Source: Utricularia gibba (lineage: Eukaryota; Plantae; Magnoliophyta). Taken from it: 64,000 bases of DNA. Below the pieces are notes generated by a model. That model searched no databases. It worked only from the letters and a program-made list of their open reading frames with translations, and was not told where the DNA came from. Of this stretch, positions 52,822 through 64,000 are shown one piece after another. How positions within the stretch are numbered: position 1 is the stretch's first letter; the number at the start of each line of letters is the position of its first letter. The stretch covers positions 2,604,001 through 2,668,000 of the forward strand of contig NEEC01000012.1 of the NCBI GenBank assembly GCA_002189035.1, given 5' to 3'. The translations under genes were made by a program, and so were the position numbers.

Positions 52822-54135
52822 CGGGTTTTTTCTGATTCGCAGAAACGATCTGTCAACAAAAATTTCTGGGTGTTTGAGGCTATTGAACCAGATTCGAAGA
52901 CTTGGAGACTCGTGGGGAAGTATGCATCCATATATAGATCAGGGAGACAGAAGAGTCCAACTCAAAAGTTCAACATCTGAAGAATCAGTAAAGCGCTCCT
53001 GCTTCTCACGGCAGACGGGGTCAGGTCAAGAACAATCGAACATGAAACCACGTCACCCCAAGCCGCCTTCACACGGTTGACAACGCCACGCACCGCAGCC
53101 AAGACCGAAGAAGTATTCCTAGACACATAAAAACGGTAATGCTCTGTAAAAAAATAAATAGAATGTTTATCTTTTTCCAATGGCAATATTCAGATAAATA
53201 GAATGAAATATTATTGATATATAATTAATTTTATTAATTAATTTCTTAAATAGAATAATAAAAAAACATGGAAATGAACCTTTTTTTACCGTTCTAAAAT
53301 ATCTGACTCCACACGTGTCGTTCATACAGCAAAAGCGTGTGGTTTTTCGTCGTCAAATTTGACTAAATGATTAGCACACAGTCATGCCTTGTTTGAATTT
53401 CCCCATTATTTACCGTTTACTCTTTCTATTTACAAATCAAATAAAATAGATTTTCACTGTTTAAAATTAAATAAAATCAAATCTCCATAAAATTAGTTTC
53501 TGTAATTTCAATAAAAAATTATTCATTATTTTTCAAAATAGTAAAACTGAATTTCATAATCAAATCTTAATTTTTATTTCAAATTAAGGTAAAATTTAGA
53601 ATACAAAATTAGAATTTAATTAGAACAATCAATTTTATTATTTTGGGAAAGAGTTGAGATGTTTATTACCAATTTAATTTGAAGACCAATTTTTCATATA
53701 ATAAAATAATGAGAACTAAATATACTCATTTTTTAAATAATATCATTTATATTCATTATATAGTGACATTGGTAATTAGGTTTATGTAATAAATACGTCA
53801 AATTTTCGAGACTAAATATATTTAATATATTAAATAATGAGTATCAATTATATCAATAAAAAATAAATATTTCAATTTCATAAAATATTAGTGATATTTA
53901 ATTAATTGAAAATTTTAAAAATATCCTTTAGAATTGATAGATAGATGAGTAACGCTGACGTGTCGCCACTCCGAAAATATTTTAATATTTGGAGATAAAA
54001 TGTTATAATTAATTAATTAAGATTTTTTATTGGATTATAATTAATAATTTGGTAGGTAGCAGTCTAGCACTAGAAGGAAATGAGCATTATTAATAAATAA
54101 TAATAATAATAATAATATACGGCGGCGCCTTGGGC

Positions 54136-56278
<2,143 letters not shown>

Positions 56279-57418
56279 TCAAGTTACAGATGAATGAGTA
56301 GGCACCGGAGTGCCTCAGATGCTTCAATGGCGTTTTGCACTGCATTTAAACTGGTGTTTCCAGCAGACAAAACACCCAATCAGCAGTTACAAAAGTTTCC
56401 CGAATCCCCAGACTTTCCAGCAGAAGATTCACCTATAGCTGAGGAACAAGAAAAATCAGCGGTATTTGGTTCCTGCTACCCCATAGGTCCTCCAAAGCCG
56501 GCTTTTGTATTTTTTATTTGGAAAATACGCCACTATCGGAGCGACAACCACGTGCAAGGCTGCCTCGCAGCCATGGATAAGAGAGGTTTGTTTCCTTATC
56601 TTCCCTGCGTTTCTTCTTGCGCACATTCAAGATTGTTAACTGTCATCAAGCACGAAGGGTGATCAAAACGCATCGTTCATCAATCCATGTTCCGTACTCG
56701 GAAGAATTCAATTCATGATATCAGTTTCAGTGCAGAATCTTACCCATGAACGAAAGAGTACAAATGGGGTGAGTAAAGCTAGTGACTTGGTGCTTCTCAA
56801 TCATTTACAAAGGGAAGGATTTGTAGGAATAAAGATGCCAACTGAACAACTTTTTTGAACCATCGATTCATTATTAACTTTATTTTTAGCTTTGAAGCGA
56901 AACTGAATTTTTTAAATTTGAATCAAATCGAAATCGGAATTCAAAATATTGAATCAAATTGAAAACAGAATCAAGAATAACGTCGTAATTATAACTGTAT
57001 AATTTCTTTAGAGATTAATTTTCAAGCATCTACTTGAGTCATATTAACTTCTGATTCGAACTAATTACAAATCTATGAGGGAATAATATTATGAAAATAA
57101 TTTTTATTTATGTTGCTTGATGTGTCGGTTTAATGCCGTAGCGTCATTAGAATTGGGCGAGAATGTGTGGGTGGGCTGAATGAAATTAAGGGCCTGCTAA
57201 GGACTTACTTGAATGGGCGGCCTCATACGGGTGCGGTGCAGTGCGCCTTTCCCGGATTTGAATTGGGCAGGTTTTCTCTCTCGGCGGGATGTACAATTTT
57301 CCGATGGCGCCATTATTTCCCGCCTCTAATCCGGATTCATCTATAAGGGAATCGCGGCGCGGATTCTTCGTTTCACAGCGACATCTCCACCGTTTTAGGA
57401 GTTCTATCAGCGAAGCAA

Positions 57419-58114
57419 ATGGTTGTAGCTTTGGGTCCGGGGAAGTTCTACGGAACCAGCCTTCCGCGGCCGCGGTTCTACGGCGATGTTAAATTCAACG
57501 ATCAGAGAGTGGATCCGCCGCCGCCGGTTATGGATCCGCTCATGGCTTGGGCTCGCGAGGCTCACTGGTCGATGGGAGGGCTCAGACTGGAGCGGTACCG
57601 TCTACAGGGGAAGATCGAGGGGAAAATAGAGAATCTCGTGAAGCAGAAGGAGAAGGCGAGGAGTTTCGGGAAGAAGTCGCCGAAGGTCTCTGATGCGTCT
57701 CCATGGGAGGAAGATGAAGCGATGCTGGATTCTCCGTCGCCGCCGCCCGCTCCGCTGGCGATCAAGAGGCGTAGAGTCGTCGGATTGGCCGATGAGGCAA
57801 AGGAGACTAGGGTTAGGCGCGTGGCGAGGAAACTGGGTGGTGAATTCGAGCGAGTTGCTGAAGAAAACGGGATGGGATCCGCAAATGGCGTCGCTGCCAA
57901 CAAGAATTCCGACTCCAACGAGACACAAGCTAAGAAAAGCAAGCGAAGGCTGATGAAGGGAGGGAAGACGGTGGGCGCTGCGATGGTCGGCGCCGCCACC
58001 AGAATCAGAAGTTCACCGAGGAACGGCGGTAGGAAGGCGGGGGCAGCAGTGTTGAGCGCTGCCTTGGCAATCAGAAGCTCACCGAGACTGGCCAGGCGCC
58101 TTGCTGTAGCGTAG
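57419..58114 (+). CDS. Conserved plant protein of unknown function (231 aa), basic C-terminus
   Basis: N-terminus MVVALGPGKFYGTSLPRPRFY..AWAREAHWSMGG resembles a conserved uncharacterised land-plant family (recalled, not searched); intronless ORF downstream of site II-like motifs. Confidence 0.75.
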   Translation: MVVALGPGKFYGTSLPRPRFYGDVKFNDQRVDPPPPVMDPLMAWAREAHWSMGGLRLERYRLQGKIEGKIENLVKQKEKARSFGKKSPKVSDASPWEEDEAMLDSPSPPPAPLAIKRRRVVGLADEAKETRVRRVARKLGGEFERVAEENGMGSANGVAANKNSDSNETQAKKSKRRLMKGGKTVGAAMVGAATRIRSSPRNGGRKAGAAVLSAALAIRSSPRLARRLAVA

Positions 58115-58372
58115 AGTGATGAGCACCAACTTCGAATCTAGCACCTCAACTTGGAGCATACATTGGTTAGGGTTTTTAATTTCAACATTCCCCAAAACTG
58201 ACAATTATATTTGTCACATGGAATCACATGTGAACTCGAATCTCTGACTGTTTATACATCCATTTTGCTAGTTGCCTTAACAGAGGAAAAGCATAATGAA
58301 ATATGAAGGCAAACGAACCTGTTCAAGTTCAAAAAATTAACTCCATGCGCATCCGGGTGGGCAAAATGAGTT

Positions 58373-61300
58373 TCATGAGGAAACTGGGCTGAGGATGCTT
58401 TTGCAGTATTGCAGGAATGGAGTGTTGAGACTGGGCTTCTCAAGCTGTACAGGGAGAATGAATTAAACCATAAACTGAGTGAAGATGCCAACAGAAGCTA
58501 GAGCTAGAAGATGCAAACCTGAAGAAAAGAGTCCACCGATTGATGGTCATGTGGAGAGAACGAAACTTCATCTCTTTTCCTCTGTATAAAGCTTGTGTTC
58601 TGCTCAACCTGCACAGAAAAAAGCGATGAGTGGGGTAGATGATCGGATCCGGTGTGTTGAAGGAAAGGTTGGTACCTGATCAATCTGACGCTTGAGCATT
58701 CGCCGTAGGCTTTCTGTAGTCGTGATTTCGTAGGTCTTTTTCAAACGGATTAGTGGAAGAGCAGCTAGGTCAGGGAAGGAAATGTGGCAGCTCCATTGAG
58801 AGAAGTGAGCACATAGCTGCTCAATAGCTGAGCTAAAGCAACGTTCTTGGAAAGTTTTTGTTTTCAAGTAATGTTTAGGCAACTGCACAGATCAGTTCAT
58901 CAGTCACATAATCAAAAGACTTGATGCATGTTTTGAGCATAAAGTATATGGATTCTAACCTTCAAAACAGACGACATATTGATGGCATTTTGAGCCTTTC
59001 TTCCCTCCTTTGCAAACTTGTATTCGAAGATATCAAGCACTATTGAGATGACAGGAATAAAATTTCCACTGGATCTGGAGAGATAATTGAGCCATTCCAC
59101 GCATTTTAGCCTCAGAGGGACGTATCTGGGTCCCGGAAACAAACGGGCTATGCCATTAATTATTTGAATGGCCAAAAACAACAATTGCTGAATATCATAA
59201 TCAGCAGTGTTTTCTCCTACAAATCTAACACAGATGTCGAGACAGTTGACGTATTCCCAACTGCAAATCTTTCTGAAAGCTTCCTGTTCAGAAGAATAAT
59301 ATAGAAATACGTTGGTGAAAAAAATAAACAGGCTTGTCGGCCCCCAAAAATTGGGTAGATCTTAATACGGCAAAAACATTGCAAAGAAAAAAGATTACAA
59401 GCATTCAAATCGTGTGAAATACCTTCTTCTTTGTCACCTCTCCCCAAACCAATAGCTTTGCAAGTTGATTCATAGAAGCTAAAGCCTTAAGCGAGAAAGT
59501 TTCCACATCTACAGAACAGAGCTGGACCAAGTGATCTCTCATACACAACATCTGCGTTAAGTCTATGGTTTCTGCTACTCTGAACCGCGAAATGAATGCC
59601 GAAAACGTTTTTGAAATGCAGATATCAGGGTTTATGGAGCCAAAAACAGCAACAAGGTCCCTTATAATAAAAAAGGAAGCTGAAGACAACATACTATCTC
59701 CAGTTGCCCACAAATGCACAATCACCTGTTTCAAATATGGATCAGGATATGAAAGTTGTAAAATGGCACTCAAATTAAACACCAATGACATCTAAGTGCA
59801 TGTGAATTATCAGTGGATAAAATATGATTTTAAAATACAAGTTAAGGTTAAGTGAAAGTAAGGTACTACCAAATGATGATAATAATCCAAAGAACAAGCC
59901 CATTGACGAAGACAAAAAGACAAGACGGTTTTTAGGCCTGGGCTCTCTGTTTATTTTGTATGAAAGGTTAAATCACGATATTACCTTAACAAGTGGTGGA
60001 ATCTGCGACGGAAATGCTGCAAAGAACACTAGAGAAGCTCTGATCCTTGTTGCAATAAAGGCCAAAATGTCTGTATCAGTAACCTGATTCAAAAGAAATA
60101 GTGTACTTCTCACAAAAGACTTGACGAACGGCCTCAAAGTTTTCCACATCGAATTTCTGTTCAATTCTAGCAATGCTTCTTTTCCGCTTTTTGATGATGA
60201 TAGTTTCAAGAGATGTTTGAACAAATCCGCTCCACTAGATAGTGTAAGAATAATAATGCTATTAAAGGTCTCGCTGTTCTCAACCCTATACACCATGGCT
60301 TCAGTTCCATAATGGCAGGCTGCACGATAAGCATTGAGTAGGCTGGCAAGGACAGTAACGTTATTATCCTCCTTTGCCTTACGAAACCATGCATTAAAGA
60401 TCTCATCTGTCAAAAACCTTCCTTTGGCCTTGGAATGAATAAATTCACCTTGATCTCCTTCATCACCGGACTCATCTTCATCTGAGTACTATTCATAGAG
60501 ACAATGAGAAATTTACACAATCCGCACACTCTAATTTTGTTAAACTTATAACAACTTAAGGGAAAATGAATTCTGGTTAAGACATAGAAATGTCACCCAC
60601 ATATGTCAAAAAATTTCAATAAACAGAGCACGTTCACTCCAAATTCCAGAGAAAACCAGGAAAAAGAAATGAGAGAAAATATAACCTTCGCCTCCATTTT
60701 GAAATGTCTCATCCACAACATCCAACTTCTCCAAAAGCTTACTGAAGCTAGGGTCCTGAGATGTAGAAGGCGCTCAAGAGATAGCACAAAGTAAGTGCAG
60801 TTTATTTCTGTTCTCACTAAAGAGGAAGTTACCTTCTTTCTCAGTTTTTCCAATTTCTGCTTCTGCTTCGCAAGTTTGGCATGAATTTTCTGATTTTTAG
60901 AGGAAGAAAAGCTCCCTGCAGTTTCATCAGCACAAAAAATTAACCTCTAAATGAAAGCTGAAGAAACTATAGAAAAAACGAGCAAAGCACAAAGCCACCT
61001 TCATTAGTTCTTGCCGCTTCATTTTCTTCAAAATCTGGAGAGCTCGAGTCCTGAATGATTTTATTATCATGAAAAGAAAAAGCGCCACGGATAGGGGAGC
61101 AGCAAAGAAAATAAATTCTGAACCTCAGATAGGTATCCATCGCTCTCTGATAACTCTGCATCCTCATGCAACTCAGTTCCAACAAACACATTCTCCAGAG
61201 AAATGCCGTGAATGCTCTCAAAATTAGTGCTCCTGTGCATAGCATAAAACACACTCACTGAAGACCGTACAGGCATATGCAATTACCTTCCATCGGAAAA

Positions 61301-61566
61301 ATTCAATTACCTTCCATTGGAAATAACGGCTATCTTTTCCACTTCCTCCTCTGTAGAATCACGCCCACCTTCTGCATTAAAAGGAAGAAAAAAGAAAGAG
61401 ATTCAAGTTACAGAAGCAGCTATAACAATCAGAACTCGATTCCAACAAATAGAACACAAACTTCGAGACTTTCTCTTGAACAAAGCCTTTGTTTTCCGCC
61501 TGTTCCTCAGCACGGATTGAAGATTCTTCTTCGCAAACTTCCTCGCCTTCTTCCGAGCTTCCCCAT
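58373..61566 (-). CDS. RBL: NOC2 nucleolar complex family protein, REBELOTE-like; apparent frameshift at 61553-61554
   Basis: M-G-K-L-G-KKARKFAKKNLQSV start after adding one base; LLNAYRAACHYG, LFPGPRYVPLRLKC, HFSQWSCHISFPDLA, QRKRDEVSFSP. Confidence 0.85.
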
Positions 61567-62063
61567 CCAAAATCAACAAATCAGTAGATGATTTCCGCGC
61601 GTCAAAGAATCTGAAGTCCGAAGTCCCCAAAGTCTCCAGGGGTTTAACTAGGGTTCCAGTTTCAGAACGCATTGGAAATCTCAAGACTCCAATAATAGAG
61701 AGAGACAGACCTGCCCATCCGCAAATGCTCGGGCCCAGATAAGCGGAAGCCCAGGGCGTACAAGCCCACCCATTAAATACGACACGGTCGATACACGCAC
61801 AGTTCCCCGCGTATCCGACGCGGCCTCCAGCGATGCAACAGTAGATGACGAGCTGTGTGTCCGTCCGTAACTGTAAAGCGCAGCGGTGTCCAATTCGAAT
61901 GTATTGGCAAGGGACTACTTTACAGTTGAACAGTCACACACATCAACTGCCCACACTCCACACCCATGAGAAAAGGATACATTTTCCTTCTATTATCTTA
62001 TTTATTTAGTGGACTAACAGTAAAAAATTTCTTTTTATTTCAATGATTTTATTTTGTTGAATC

Positions 62064-62234
62064 TATATATATATATATATATATATATCTTGTAATAATA
62101 TCTCATATTGATTAAAAATAAAGAAAATAACGTAATTAAAGAAATAAAATTCTTCATATCTCATACAAAGTCTTTTTTCTAGAAAGGGAAATGCAACGTA
62201 AAGATTAAATGTTTGAATCAAATAATATGATATA

Positions 62235-62267
<33 letters not shown>
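62064..62267. repeat. Two (TA)n microsatellites (62064-62088 and 62239-62267)
   Basis: Direct reading of the sequence. Confidence 0.9.
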
Positions 62268-62270
<3 letters not shown>

Positions 62271-63002
62271 GAAATTCTATGAAATTTCAATTATACCCTT
62301 GAAATTTAGTAGAATTTCGATCATTAAATCTGATATTATATTCTATTTAGATCTTCCAATAACATATGTATTACTTATTTATATATAATAACTATTATAA
62401 AATATATTAAAATTTAAAATAAAACTGGTTTTAAAAAAATTCTAATAAATTTATTTTTTATACAACTTGGTTAAATCTAAATTTTGAATAAAAAATATAT
62501 ATTTTTAATTTTGGCCAACAGTAAAACACGGAATTGTGATTAATTTAAAACCCTAGATTTGAAATTAAAAATTATGGGGTATTGGAACCAACATGGAATA
62601 AAGGGGCGTGGTAGGCGGCCGCGCCTGGTCCAGCGCCGTCGCTGTAGGCGTCGTAAGGTGGAACCAACCAACAGCCCTATGAGCTCGGGACCATTCCCCT
62701 TCAATTGCCCAGGAACAAAAAACCAGCCCACTACTGCTTTAGCTCAGCTGCTCCCAGGACTCATGACACCCGCCCATCAATGGCTCAGGGTGAACTCAAC
62801 ACATCACCGTGGATCTAATGGAATTCAACTGCGTAATCATGAGATTTGAGTTTCTGGGTCGAGGAGTAAGCAGCAGTACTACTGAAATATGCACATCGGC
62901 TAAAGGGAATAGTACAGTGAGCTTAATGGGGACGCCTAGACTCATCATCTGTAGACTAGTACTACTGATATTGGCTTCCGCAATGGCAGCGAACGGTTTA
63001 TC

Positions 63003-64000
63003 TCATTTTCCTTGTGTCTCGTCGGGGGGGTTCTCCGCCGGCGCCGGAGGGGGGCTAGCGTCTGCTGCGGTGGTGGTCCTCTGTTGGGAGCTGATTTGCT
63101 CTGCTGTGAGAATGGGTTGACCGAAGAGGATGAAAGCAGGGGCAGTGGGATCAGCCTCTTTCTTTACTTCGCCTTTGTCGCCGGCCGCTGTGGCGTTCAC
63201 TCCTGGCTGGGAGTCGTTGCGTTTTACTGGTGGGAACCCGAGGCGGAGAAGCCTGGGTCCCTGTAAGCCGGCAGCAGAAATGTTATCTGGGAAGCAACAC
63301 AGGGGGCTGCTGGGGCTCAGGGGATTTCCGATGAGCATAGGAAGGTGAAGAGGGAAGTCGAGTGGAGGTTCGAGGAGCCGGGGGCGCTTCAGCACTGGAG
63401 GAAGATGAGGATGTGGGAAGTCAGGGATGAGTGGATCGAGCACGAGTTCAACTTGCCATGGATTGACGCCATCCACGTTTTGCAGAAAATCTGGCTCATC
63501 CCAAGTCACCTGCAATTGGATTCAGTTTCAGTAAAAAGGAAGAAAAAGTTTCAATTCAGAGATGAATCTGCGTTACCTGAAGAAGCTTCCATGGGGAGGC
63601 GGGCCAATGGACTGGATCGTGAACCTGAGGTGATGAGACAGTGCCCATAAACCAGCTTGTTCTTAGCGAATCCTCTGTCTCGAAAGCCATCCTGATTCTC
63701 ATCCCGGTGCACCATTGGACAAACAGAGAAGCTCTTACAGCTGAAGCAGACACGACGAACTCCGGCGTGCCTGCACGGGGGTAGTAGACGACTTCGAATG
63801 GCTGCCGATTTGCAGCCAGCCGGACGGACTCGAGGACAGATTCAGGGGTCCTTTTTACATGGCCCCCTTTCACAGTGTTGCCGGTTTGTGGAAGAAAATC
63901 AGGGAACAATGCTCTGTAAGAGGCGGCATTAAGTATCGGAAGCATTTTCTTTCTCCGAACTCCTATATACATTTCCCCATTCTCCATTTTCACAAAGACC
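63003..64000 (-). CDS. ARF: Auxin response factor, ARF10/16-like (5' part outside the window), no PB1 domain
   Basis: End of B3 domain (GEMYIGVRR); ARF domain FEVVYYPRAGTPEFVV..GMRIRMAFETEDS..SWFMGTV; LQ|VTWDEPDFLQN..VNPWQVEL; ILFGQPILT; intron 63576-63510; stop at 63003. Confidence 0.92.
63250..63269 (-). promoter_or_regulatory. Degenerate miR160 target site in the ARF gene
   Basis: Minus strand GGCTTACAGGGACCCAGGCT versus the perfect complement GGCATACAGGGAGCCAGGCA: 3 mismatches. Confidence 0.75.

Noticed and set aside
56294-56662. 122-aa plus-strand ORF upstream of SCPL
   Set aside because: No recognisable homology; probably incidental in promoter or leader DNA.
61690-61900. GC-rich stretch checked as a tRNA or other structured RNA
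   Set aside because: No cloverleaf or A/B boxes; contains site II motifs consistent with the RBL promoter.
62560-62760. Minus-strand frame PPYDAYSDGAGPGAAAYHAPLF as a possible final ARF exon
   Set aside because: No donor site found before the ARF stop, and it has no PB1 similarity.

Overview
Plant (eudicot) nuclear DNA, very gene-dense: about 23 recognisable genes in 64 kb, mostly with short introns. In order: neprosin/DUF239 peptidase-like gene, AMT1 ammonium transporter, IQD, LBD, KCS, RCI2/PMP3, a PWWP-less paralogue in tandem with a full PWWP-domain gene, NDUFA8, a TOE-type AP2 gene with a miR172 site, a DYW-PPR gene head-to-head with plastid RPL10, a USP-domain kinase, a catalytically degenerate hAT-derived gene, patatin pPLA-III, an unidentified multi-exon gene, a MIR160 hairpin, LHCA1, MLO, SCPL, a conserved unknown protein, REBELOTE/NOC2-like, and an ARF10/16-like gene cut by the window end. 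Highlights: (1) the ARF lacks a PB1 domain and has a miR160 site with an unusual mismatch, about 17.7 kb from a MIR160 locus; (2) AG|GT-flanked introns occur in usually intron-poor genes (AMT1, KCS); (3) a PWWP-less tandem duplicate; (4) six genes are frameshifted, each at a short homopolymer run (G/C in five, G or A in KCS), which most likely reflects assembly error rather than pseudogenisation. All exon boundaries and family assignments were read by eye, without database searches.
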